From assembly GCA_963716375.1 (NCBI GenBank), contig OY970306.1, positions 3,202,441 through 3,266,440 on the forward strand: a DNA stretch of 64,000 bases, written 5' to 3'. The notes under the pieces were generated by a model, which worked only from the letters and a program-made list of their open reading frames with translations, had not been told where the DNA came from and made no database searches. This document shows, one piece after another, positions 18,626 through 26,758 of this stretch (position 1 is the stretch's first letter; each line of letters opens with the position of its first letter). The position numbers were made by a program, and so were the translations under genes. This DNA comes from an uncultured Chloroflexia bacterium. GTDB taxonomy: Bacteria; Chloroflexota; Limnocylindria; Limnocylindrales; CSP1-4.

Positions 18626-20269
18626 TCATTCGGCGGCTGCCGAGTCGTGCTTCGGTCGGAACCGGAAATACCCCCAGAACAGCACCGAGACCACCCCAAA
18701 CGCGACGAACAGCGCGACGGCCATCACGAACGGCACCCCATTCTGCGACGGGATGTAGCCGGTCGCGGGATTGAGCAGGATCATCACGAAGCCGAACAGC
18801 CCGATGGCATAGAGCGCGGCCCAACGCCAGCGCTGGAAGCGGTAGACGAGTTCGCCCGGCAGGAATCGGAGGGGCATCATCGAGAACACGATGCCTTCGA
18901 TGCCGGCCACGGTGAGTGCCGCCAGGACGCTCGCGATGATGATGGCAGGAAGCGTGTCCTCCACGCCCGGGATCCGGACGGCGCCGAGCGTGAGCCACGC
19001 GATGAACGCGATGGCCAGCATCCACCACGCGCCCAGATGTCCGGCCCGACCGTCCTGGGCGGGCTCGATCGACTTCAGGAACGAGAAGCCGAGCACGAGG
19101 CCGTACAGGTACCCCGGCAGGAAGCCGACGAGTCGAGAGATGAGCACGCAGATGGCGGCGACCACGAGCGTGCCGGCCAGCGCCGAGGCGTAGCCACGAT
19201 CGCCGACGAGCCGCGCGTGCATCGCGCGACTTGGCAGGGCTGCTGCCCAGGTGACGATCACGAGCGAGGTGACGATCCCGGCATACGTGATCAGTGAACG
19301 CTCGTCCAGCCCGAATGTCGGGTCGAGGAGCCCATAGAGCAGGCCACTCACCAGGACGAACGCGGCGATCAGGAGCCAGTGGGCGATCCCGGTCGGCCGA
19401 GTCACCGGCTCGTCCGACGGCGCGTGGAGTAGGCGCCCGACGAGCGGCATCCGCCGGAAGCCAGCTCGAATCGAGTCGTAGTTCTGTTCGAGCGTGGAAT
19501 TGAACAGCTGGCTCGGGAACGGCAGCAGGACAAGGATCGCGATGGTCAGGAGGCTTGCCTTCGCGATGAGCTCAGGGTTGACCATGAGCTGGGTCGGGCT
19601 CAGGACCGAGTCCACGAATGGTGAATGCGCGAGTGAGAAGGACGGATCGCCGGGCGGGACGACCTGCTGCAGCAGCAGGCTGCCGCCGATCCCCATCAGG
19701 GCCAGCGCACCGAGACCAACGAGGCGCCGCCGGAGGCCCTCCGGCTTTCGGACGGCCCAGCCCAGGCCGAGGAGGCCGATCAGGAGCCCGGCCAGGCCCG
19801 CGCCGCCGAGCACCGTCAGGATCGGATTGACGTCATCGATGATGAGCTCGACCTCGCCGTCGCAGCCGCCGCCCGGGCCGGACGACACGCCGGAGATCAG
19901 GAAGACGCGCCCCAGGATCGCGAGCGTCGAGATCTCATAGGTGTCGGATTCGGCGCTGCTGTTCGGGTCCGCAGTCCCGCCTCCGATCGGAATCGCGAAG
20001 CCGAACGCAGTGGCCTTCACCGAGACCGAGGTCTGTGGCGTCGGCGCCTGGCCGGCCAGGTGGATCTGATCTGTCGACTGCACGTGCCAGATGGCGTTCG
20101 TGGTGAGGTCGATGACGCCGCCGGACGTCGACGTCCCGACCGCCGTGCAGCCGCCTCTGATGGTGGAATCGGCCCCTGCTGCCGTGTTGGCCAACAGCGC
20201 CGTCGCCGCCAGTGCGATGGCGAATCCCCGCCGCAGCCGCGTGGCCCGCGCACCGAGTGTCGGACGCAT
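18626..20269 (-). CDS. Polytopic membrane protein of unknown family with an N-terminal extracytoplasmic domain
   Basis: Likely start MRPTLGARATRLRRGFAIALAATALLANTAAGA (signal-like). About 170 aa soluble region with 2 Cys, then about 10 hydrophobic segments. No recognisable catalytic motif. Confidence 0.6.
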   Translation of the reverse strand: MRPTLGARATRLRRGFAIALAATALLANTAAGADSTIRGGCTAVGTSTSGGVIDLTTNAIWHVQSTDQIHLAGQAPTPQTSVSVKATAFGFAIPIGGGTADPNSSAESDTYEISTLAILGRVFLISGVSSGPGGGCDGEVELIIDDVNPILTVLGGAGLAGLLIGLLGLGWAVRKPEGLRRRLVGLGALALMGIGGSLLLQQVVPPGDPSFSLAHSPFVDSVLSPTQLMVNPELIAKASLLTIAILVLLPFPSQLFNSTLEQNYDSIRAGFRRMPLVGRLLHAPSDEPVTRPTGIAHWLLIAAFVLVSGLLYGLLDPTFGLDERSLITYAGIVTSLVIVTWAAALPSRAMHARLVGDRGYASALAGTLVVAAICVLISRLVGFLPGYLYGLVLGFSFLKSIEPAQDGRAGHLGAWWMLAIAFIAWLTLGAVRIPGVEDTLPAIIIASVLAALTVAGIEGIVFSMMPLRFLPGELVYRFQRWRWAALYAIGLFGFVMILLNPATGYIPSQNGVPFVMAVALFVAFGVVSVLFWGYFRFRPKHDSAAAE

Positions 20270-20540
20270 ACCCCACCCCTCCATCACAGCCCCCGCCGGA
20301 AGAGCGCTCATGGCGACGCGCTCAGGGTACTCGTCAGCCGGGCGGAATTGGAGGGCTCGTTTCGGGCGGCTCCCACTCACCCGGCGGCCGATCCCGCGCC
20401 CCTCGACCCATCACGCTCAGCCAATCCAGCCCGAACAGGGGATGATGGTCGCGACACGACGGGCCGTCGCGGCCGCGGCGCCGTGGCACGGCCCCCGGTG
20501 AACCCCGACACCGAACACCAACGCCCGGAAGGAGCACGAC

Positions 20541-21002
20541 ATGCCCAGCGCCACGATTTCGACGGACAAGGGCGACATTGACGTCGATCTGTTCACCAGC
20601 GATGCGCCGCGCGCCGCCAACAACTTCCTCGATCTCGCTCGGAAGGGCTTCTACGACGGCGTGATCTTCCATCGAATCGTGCCGGGCTTCGTCATCCAGG
20701 GCGGGGATCCCACGGGCACGGGCCGCGGGGGACCCGGCTACCAGTTCCCCGACGAGCCGTTCAAGGGCGACTATCTGCGCGGCACCCTGGCGATGGCCAA
20801 TGCCGGCCCGAACACGAACGGCAGCCAGTTCTTCATCTGCCTCGCCGATCTCGCCGGCAAGCTGCCCAAGAACTACACGATCTTCGGCCAGGTGACCAAG
20901 GGCCTCGACGTCGTCGACGCGATCGCCGCCGGCCGGACCGGCGCGCAGGACCGTCCGATCGAGCCCGTGAAGATGACCACGGTGACCGTCCACGAGGATT
21001 GA
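20541..21002 (+). CDS. Cytoplasmic cyclophilin-type peptidyl-prolyl cis-trans isomerase
   Basis: FYDGVIFHRIVPGFVIQGGDPTGTGRGGPGY and MANAGPNTNGSQFFI. 153 aa with no signal peptide. Confidence 0.9.
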   Translation: MPSATISTDKGDIDVDLFTSDAPRAANNFLDLARKGFYDGVIFHRIVPGFVIQGGDPTGTGRGGPGYQFPDEPFKGDYLRGTLAMANAGPNTNGSQFFICLADLAGKLPKNYTIFGQVTKGLDVVDAIAAGRTGAQDRPIEPVKMTTVTVHED

Positions 21003-21084
21003 AACGGGTCCCGAATCGCAAGGGATCTGCGATGAACGTTGCCGGAACGTTAAGGAATTTTCACGCCCTCGACGCACAAAACCC

Positions 21085-21113
21085 TTGGAATTCGGGCCTC
21101 CAGCGGGTACAGT
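21085..21113 (+). promoter_or_regulatory. Putative sigma70-type promoter of the candidate sRNA
   Basis: TTGGAA (21085-21090), 17-nt spacer, TACAGT (21108-21113). Confidence 0.5.
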
Positions 21114-21119
21114 ATCCGC

Positions 21120-21304
21120 AGGTTGCTTGTCAACCTCGCTGCCCCAGCTTCAAGGCCATGGGTAGGTAGGGTTAGGGTAGTCGGTGCAGCCGACGTGATA
21201 GATGCCCTCGAAGCGCGGCAGAAGACGTACAGCTCGTTTCGGCGGTCTGTGCCTTCACCGGGACAGCATCAGAGCGGCTCCTTCGGGAGCCGCTCTGAAT
21301 TTTT
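21120..21304 (+). ncRNA. Candidate ~185-nt structured small RNA (identity unknown; 6S-like length and long imperfect helix)
   Basis: Bounded by the promoter above and a canonical intrinsic terminator. Lower GC. The 5' segment GCTGCCCCAG..AAGGC (about 21138-21156) is complementary to GCCTT..CCGGGACAGC (about 21251-21267). Internal hairpin GTCGG-TGCAG-CCGAC. The overlapping 79-aa ORF looks non-coding. Confidence 0.5.
21271..21304 (+). terminator. Rho-independent terminator
   Basis: AGAGCGGCTCC-TTCG-GGAGCCGCTCT perfect 11-bp stem (21271-21296), followed by GAATTTTT. Confidence 0.85.
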
Positions 21305-21352
21305 GCCCCTGATATCCTTGCCCTCCCGTGCCGACTGCACGAGGTCCCCCGC

Positions 21353-21428
21353 GCGCCTGTAGCTCAGTGGATAGAGCGTCGGCCTCCGGAGCCGAAGGTC
21401 GCAGGTTCGAATCCTGTCGGGCGCGCCA
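21353..21428 (+). tRNA. tRNA-Arg (anticodon CCG), CCA encoded
   Basis: GCGCCTGTAGCTCAGTGGATAGAGCGTCGGCCTCCGGAGCCGAAGGTCGCAGGTTCGAATCCTGTCGGGCGCGCCA. Acceptor GCGCCTG/CGGGCGC, anticodon loop CTCCGGA. Confidence 0.92.
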
Positions 21429-21495
21429 CTCCGATCCTTGAGCGGCATCATTCGAGTCGCGATCGCGACAACCGCCATGATCGGAGGGCAGGGTG

Positions 21496-21999
21496 ATGCG
21501 ACTCGAGTCGTTGTGCAGGATCTCGATGCGCTATACGGACGGCAGCTGGCAACGTCCGTTCGGCGATCGCGACGACGGCGCTGAGGGGCTCGGGTTCGGT
21601 CGCGGTGACGGAACCGTCACCGGCGAGATCGAGGGGACGCTGGTCTGGGCGAACTACCCGCGGCGCCGCCAGGACGGCGTGTGGACCCCGAACCTGCGCG
21701 GCGCGATCACGACGCACGATGGAAGCGATCTGCTCCTGTCCATCCACGGCCAGAGTGTCCAGGAGCAGGCACCCGGTGAACCGCGCGCGATCCTCGCCCG
21801 CGTGGAGCTCACGACCGAGGGAGAGCACTACCGCTGGCTGAACACGTGCTTCCTCGTCGGCGAGGGCGAGATCGACGAGGAACGTGAGGACTGGTGGCTA
21901 GAGGCGTACGTCTGCGTGAACGAGCAGGCCAAGGGTCCGCCGGCGCTCGGTGCCGAACCGCCCGAGCGGTTCCGGCAGCTGGGCACGGCCAGCAGCTGA
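21496..21999 (+). CDS. Hypothetical protein (possibly DUF3237-like beta-barrel)
   Basis: GGAGGG 7 nt upstream of the ATG at 21496. Coding-like composition. Pattern GDGTVTGEIEGTLVWANY...DG...THDGSDLLL...YRWLN loosely resembles DUF3237. Confidence 0.5.
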   Translation: MRLESLCRISMRYTDGSWQRPFGDRDDGAEGLGFGRGDGTVTGEIEGTLVWANYPRRRQDGVWTPNLRGAITTHDGSDLLLSIHGQSVQEQAPGEPRAILARVELTTEGEHYRWLNTCFLVGEGEIDEEREDWWLEAYVCVNEQAKGPPALGAEPPERFRQLGTASS

Positions 22000-22000
22000 G

Positions 22001-22402
22001 CTACTTCACCTTCTGCTTCGAAACCGTCGTAGCGTAGTTGTTGATCTGGTGGTCGTCTGGCATCGTGGCGCCGTCGACTCTCCAGCCGTCCGGGGTGACC
22101 GAGATCTGGCTGACATCCCATGTTTCGCAGGATGGAACGCTTCCGTAGAACGTCGTCGACCGCAGGGTCTTGCCCGTCCTGGCGACGACGACCCGGCCCG
22201 TCTGGGCGTACTTGTACCGAACGACCTCACCGATCCTGCCCGTGCCCGATTCCTGGTACATCCCGCAGGAGCCGACCTCGACCGCCGTGACTTCGGCATT
22301 GCAGAGGACGAGCTGGACGGGGCCGGGCCAGAGCTCCTCGAACCACTTGGCGTTGTTGCCGTAAATCGAGCCGTCGTCGACCCCCCAATGCCCGTTCGTC
22401 AT
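22001..22402 (-). CDS. Hypothetical protein, no recognisable family
   Basis: Lower-GC ORF tail. Proposed ATG at 22402 (MTNGHWGVDDGSIYGNNAKWFEELW...). Stop lies 1 nt from the stop of the convergent gene. Start uncertain. Confidence 0.4.
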   Translation of the reverse strand: MTNGHWGVDDGSIYGNNAKWFEELWPGPVQLVLCNAEVTAVEVGSCGMYQESGTGRIGEVVRYKYAQTGRVVVARTGKTLRSTTFYGSVPSCETWDVSQISVTPDGWRVDGATMPDDHQINNYATTVSKQKVK

Positions 22403-22568
22403 GACGACCACCACGATCGGATGGACCGTGCCCCCGAACTTGGCCGCCTCGGGAATAGGTCTCCCCTTGCAGGCTGCCGCGAGCTGGGCACCACGGCTGA
22501 ACGGCACCGCATAGTCCGCGGTCGTCGCCAGTGCTCCGCACCAGCGGCAGGCGTGATGGCGCGCAGGC

Positions 22569-22819
22569 CCGACCGAACTCGATCGAGAACTTCCGGCAAG
22601 ATCACGGGATGAGACGTAACAGCCGGCCGCTCTGGGGGTTGATCCTCGTGGTGGTCCTCTGCACCGCCGCGTGCGGATCGCAGAGCGCGACACCCGGTGC
22701 CACGCCGTCGGGCGGGGCCTCGGCCGGCGCTGCTTCCCCTGGGCCGGTCGCGGCGACCTCGACGGCCGGGCCGACAACGCCGCTCAGCTCTGAACCAGCG
22801 ACCGAAGCGCCGGTGACCG
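22569..22819 (+). repeat. Copy A of a ~251-bp duplicated leader / signal-peptide / linker cassette
   Basis: Aligns without gaps to 28725-28975 with about 13 mismatches by eye. Covers 40 nt of 5' leader (with palindrome CTCGATCGAG), the ATG, the lipoprotein signal peptide and the start of the linker. Confidence 0.9.
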
Positions 22820-24516
22820 CCACCGCGACGCCAGGCGCAGGGCCCGCGCAGGCCGGACTCGCTGCGCTGGTTTGCGAGCACGCTGGGTCCGGCAAGGCAT
22901 ACGACGTTGGCCCGGACGAGGCCCTGAAGGCGCTCGGCGACGTGCCCTGGGAGAGCCTCGTGGCGGGAGACACCGTCCGCATCCACTGGCGCGACGAGCC
23001 ATACCGTGAAAAGTTCATGCTGCGTGGCCAGGGCACCGCGGACCAGCCGATCGTGGTCTGTGGCGTCGCCGGTCCGAATGGGCAGCTGCCGGTGATCGAT
23101 GGCCAGGACGCGGTCACGCGCGCTGGGTTGCCCACGCCGAACTCCGGGGCCGGCGAGCCGCGCGGGCTGATCCACGTCACCCTTGGCGCGAACGACCCGT
23201 GGGGCTACAAGCCGAAGTACATCGTCATCCAGGGCCTCCACATCCAGAACGCATTCTACGAGTACTCGTTCATCAATTCCGCCGGCAAGAAGGTTCCCTA
23301 CACCGAGAACGCAGCCGGCATCTTTATCGAGCGCGGCGAACATATTGTCGTGCGCGGCGTCGAGATTGAAGGGAACGGCAACGGCTTCTTCGTTGCCTCC
23401 GGTGACTCTGAAGAAGTGCTGTCGCGGGACATCCTGCTCGAGCGTTCGCGGGTGTACGGCAATGGCACGGTCAAGGTTTCCAACGACCGTTACCACAACA
23501 TTTACACCGAAGCCGTCGGGATGGTGTTCCAGTTCAACGACATTGGGCCGCTGCGGGAGGGCTCGGGCGGCGCCGCGCTCAAGGATCGCTCGGCCGGCAC
23601 CGTCATTCGCTACAACCGGATCGAGGGAGGCGCACGGACGCTGGATCTCGTCGATGCCGGTGAATCGTCGACGATGACACGCGATCTGCCCGAATACCGC
23701 ACAACACTCGTGTACGGCAATCTCCTGATCAACGGCCCCGTCGGCGCATCCAACATGATTCACTACGGCGGCGACAACGGCATTCCCGAGAACAACCGCA
23801 AGGGCACTCTGTATTTCTACAACAACACGGTTGTCGTGCGCGCCGACCGCGACGGCCCGAATGCGCGATATCGCACCTCCGTGTTCGATGCCGATACGGC
23901 CGACGAGACGATCGATGCGCGAAACAACATCATCGTTGTCGGCCCCGCCACCGCCGGATCCCCTCCAACCGAGCTCGCCTGGATGCGATCCGAGGGCACG
24001 CTCAAATTGGGCGTCAACTGGGCGACCTCCGGCATGTTCGAGTGGCGCGATGATCAGGCTCCCGCGACGGGTGGCATCACCGGCCTCGACAAGGTCATCG
24101 GCGCAGGGAGCAGCGATCCCGGTTTCACGGACGAGGCCAACGGCGACTTCAGCCTCGCGGCAGGCTCCCCTGCGGCCGGTGTTGCCACCGCCCTGCACGA
24201 GGCAGCGCTCGCGCTCGGAGCCACGGTCGACTTCGAATATGTGCACCCGGCCGCGGGGCGGCCGCGAGCGGGCGCCACGGATCTGGGTGCATTCGCGGCG
24301 ACTGGCGCGTCGGGTGCGCCGGCCTCATCGGCTGCGCCGGGCACGTCTGGCGCGCCGGCTTCGGCCGCACCGGTCCCTTCGGCAGCACCGGCCTCGGCCG
24401 GCACTGCCGGCACGTCGGCGCCGGGCAAGTCGGGACCCACCAGCTTCGGGCCAGGCCAAGGCGGACGGTTGGACCGGCCCGCTCCAGTTCCTCGGCAAGG
24501 GACCAAACGGCTATGA
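22609..24516 (+). CDS. Lipoprotein with right-handed parallel beta-helix domain (polysaccharide lyase/hydrolase-like), first segment
   Basis: MRRNSRPLWGLILVVVLCTAACGS lipobox. Beta-helix-like repeats (NAAGIFIERGEHIVVRGVEIEGNGNGFFV, VYGNGT, IRYNRIEGG, VYGNLLINGP, NNTVVV). Ends in an Ala/Pro/Ser linker. Confidence 0.75.
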   Translation: MRRNSRPLWGLILVVVLCTAACGSQSATPGATPSGGASAGAASPGPVAATSTAGPTTPLSSEPATEAPVTATATPGAGPAQAGLAALVCEHAGSGKAYDVGPDEALKALGDVPWESLVAGDTVRIHWRDEPYREKFMLRGQGTADQPIVVCGVAGPNGQLPVIDGQDAVTRAGLPTPNSGAGEPRGLIHVTLGANDPWGYKPKYIVIQGLHIQNAFYEYSFINSAGKKVPYTENAAGIFIERGEHIVVRGVEIEGNGNGFFVASGDSEEVLSRDILLERSRVYGNGTVKVSNDRYHNIYTEAVGMVFQFNDIGPLREGSGGAALKDRSAGTVIRYNRIEGGARTLDLVDAGESSTMTRDLPEYRTTLVYGNLLINGPVGASNMIHYGGDNGIPENNRKGTLYFYNNTVVVRADRDGPNARYRTSVFDADTADETIDARNNIIVVGPATAGSPPTELAWMRSEGTLKLGVNWATSGMFEWRDDQAPATGGITGLDKVIGAGSSDPGFTDEANGDFSLAAGSPAAGVATALHEAALALGATVDFEYVHPAAGRPRAGATDLGAFAATGASGAPASSAAPGTSGAPASAAPVPSAAPASAGTAGTSAPGKSGPTSFGPGQGGRLDRPAPVPRQGTKRL

Positions 24517-25843
24517 CAACGGCCAACGCTCCGCCTGTACCGGGACGGGCGGCGGATCTCCGTCGGTCCTGTGCGTGCGGGCCGGGGCAACGGCCGGCGG
24601 GAAGGGCACAGCGGCGGCCCCGTTCGCAACGATCAACGCGGCAATCGCGGCTGCGCGTCCCGGCGACGTGATCCAGGTCGCGGCCGGCACCTATCCCGAG
24701 AACGTCGCCATCGGCACCCAGCTCAACGCCCTGGTCCAGACAGAGCTGACGCTCCTCGGCGGGTTCAGTCCTGACTTCGCGACCAGGGACGCCTCCCAGT
24801 TCCGCTCGGTGATCGACGGCGGCGGCAAGGCGGCGCCTGCGGTGCAGCTCCACCTCCAGTCGGCCGGCAAGACCGTTCTCGACGGGTTCCGGATCACCGG
24901 CGGGCGCGGTCTCGGCACCACGTCAGAGGACGGCAACGGACGCGGCGGAGGCGTGTTCGTGGAGATCCTCGGCAACGGCGAGGTGCTCATCTCGCACAAC
25001 GAGATCTTCGGGAACCAGACCGCCAAGTTCGAGGACGAGGGCCGCGGTGGAGGCATCAACGCCGACGGACAGGACTACGACGGCTCGACGCCGACGATCC
25101 GGATCGAGGACAACGTGGTCCACAGCAACCAGGCGGGACGCGGAGCAGGGATCAACGTCACCGGTCACAGCGCCGTGATCCTCCGCAATGTCGTCGAGGC
25201 GAACCGCGCGCACTCCGACCACGGCGGCGGCATCTACGTTTCAACCGCAACCACCGAGGTGGCAGACAACGTGGTCCGCGGCAACGAGATCGGGGCGACC
25301 GTGAACTACGGCTACGGCGGCGGCATCATCATTGCCGGCGTGCCGGCGACGTTGCACGGCAACGTGATCACCGGCAACTACGCCCCCTCGAACGGCTCCG
25401 GGGTGTTCTGGGACGAGGGCGCCACGGGCACGATGACCGGGGATCTCCTGTACGCCAACGGTTGCCCGACCGGTGTGGAAACGGGTGTTGCGCTCTTTGT
25501 CGACGGCGGGGCAGCCCCGTCGGTCGTGACGATCGATCACGTGACCATCGCCGACCACAACTGCCCTTCTGCCCTGCCGCAGGGGGCGGCAATCCTCGTC
25601 GAGGACAAATCGCGTCTCACGGTTCGGAACTCGATCATCTGGGGCAACACCCGCGAATTCGACACGGCGCTCGACGGGACGTACACCGTCCAATCCACCA
25701 TCACGACGGAGCCCGGCACGGGCAACCGTTCGGCGGACCCGCAGTTCGTCGATCCCGCGAACGGGGACTACCACCTCCGGTCGGGCAGCCCGGCGATCGG
25801 AGCCGGTTCCGGCAACACGAACCTTGGCGCGTACCCGAAGTGA
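24452..25843 (+). pseudogene. Second parallel beta-helix domain, probably the frameshifted continuation of 22609..24516
   Basis: Reads ...AKADGWTGPLQFL..PFATINAAIAAARPGDVIQVAAGTY.., repeated HNEIFGN, DNVVHSN, RNVVEAN, DNVVRGN, GNVITGN, and a terminal DPQFVDPANGDYHLRSGSPAIGAG. No convincing start codon or RBS of its own. The frame changes near 24451. Confidence 0.65.
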
Positions 25844-25956
25844 TGTCCATGGCCCGAGGTCGGACTCGGGCGCGTGGCTGGCAAGTTGCCCGTAGCCATC
25901 GCGACATGACTCGATCGCTGACCGCTCTGGCTCTTCCGCGGGCCGACTCGGGGCCG

Positions 25957-26610
25957 CTAGTCGAGCGTGGCCAGCGCCCGCCGCATCACCTCGACCGGCA
26001 CCTGCTCGCGGTTGGCATCGTCGCTGAGATTGACGTACTGGACCGTGACCATCACCTCGCCCTTCAGGGCGTAGATGATGCCGCCGCCGCTCGGGTAGTT
26101 CTCGACACCGAGGTCGGGGACCGGCGAGCCGGTCGCCGCGAACGGCTTCAAATCCTTGAAGCGAGTGCGAGCATCAAGCGTCAGGAATGAGAGCACCACG
26201 TCCCACGTGACGCCAGGTGTCGGCGTCTCGAAGGACCAGACGCAGCCGACCTCATCCGAGAGGATCCCGTCGGTCGTCTTCCCGACGAACTTGTGGCCCG
26301 TGAGTGACTCCAACTCGGCCGCTGTGAACATCGCGCAGACGTCGCCGATCGCCACGGCAGAGCCGGGGGCGGACGTTGGCGGGGCGGACGTTGGCGAGGC
26401 CGGCGTCGCAGTACGGACGGTGGGTGACGCGGCGATGGACGGGACGGCACGCGTCGGCGACGCAACCGGTGACGGAATCGACGACGGAATCGGGCCACTG
26501 TTCGAGGTGGTGGGCAGCACGCCGGCGCCGCCGCAGGCGGCCAGGGCGAGCGACGCGATCAGCGCGGCGGCGCCCAAGCGCGGGACGTGCAACATGCGCG
26601 GAACTTGCAT
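25957..26610 (-). CDS. DUF3558-like lipoprotein
   Basis: AGGAG upstream of the ATG at 26610. MQVPRMLHVPRLGAAALIASLALAAC lipobox and a Pro/Ser/Thr linker. DVCAMFTAAELESLTG...VGCVWSF is the two-Cys pattern typical of DUF3558. Confidence 0.65.
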   Translation of the reverse strand: MQVPRMLHVPRLGAAALIASLALAACGGAGVLPTTSNSGPIPSSIPSPVASPTRAVPSIAASPTVRTATPASPTSAPPTSAPGSAVAIGDVCAMFTAAELESLTGHKFVGKTTDGILSDEVGCVWSFETPTPGVTWDVVLSFLTLDARTRFKDLKPFAATGSPVPDLGVENYPSGGGIIYALKGEVMVTVQYVNLSDDANREQVPVEVMRRALATLD

Positions 26611-26758
26611 GGGGCGGAGGTTCTCCTGTCGACGGGGCGTCGTTCTAGGATACCGGACGGTGTGGGCGTCCCGGCCGGTGGCCTGGATCGTGGTGCGCTG
26701 AGCCGCCGAGATCCGCCTCCGAATCGACCCGCGCGTTCGCGTTGACCAATCTGCCATC

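Noticed and set aside
21161-21181. Telomere-like GGGTTAGGG / G-tract segment, a possible G-quadruplex.
   Set aside because: One of the four G-runs has only two Gs, and the segment lies inside a region that can also form ordinary helices. I note it only as a feature of the candidate sRNA.
21123-21362. 79-aa ORF overlapping the candidate sRNA and running into the tRNA-Arg gene.
   Set aside because: It has no RBS and an implausible composition. It crosses a strong intrinsic terminator and enters a tRNA gene, so the region is better explained as non-coding RNA.
22403-22777. Apparent conserved protein MSAR(P/A)S.SPRPAQ.K.RRPRPR.TAWHR.S at the 5' ends of ORFs 22001..22777(-) and 28358..28933(-).
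   Set aside because: The similarity exists only because both are the antisense reading of the duplicated leader/signal-peptide cassette. The composition is Arg/Pro shadow-like.
24239-24451. In-frame ATG (24239) or GTG (24314) as independent starts for the second beta-helix ORF.
   Set aside because: Either start would add a highly basic Arg/His/Pro-rich N-terminus with no signal peptide. Either would also overlap the first ORF by 200-280 nt. Continuity through a linker with a 1-nt frame change is more plausible.
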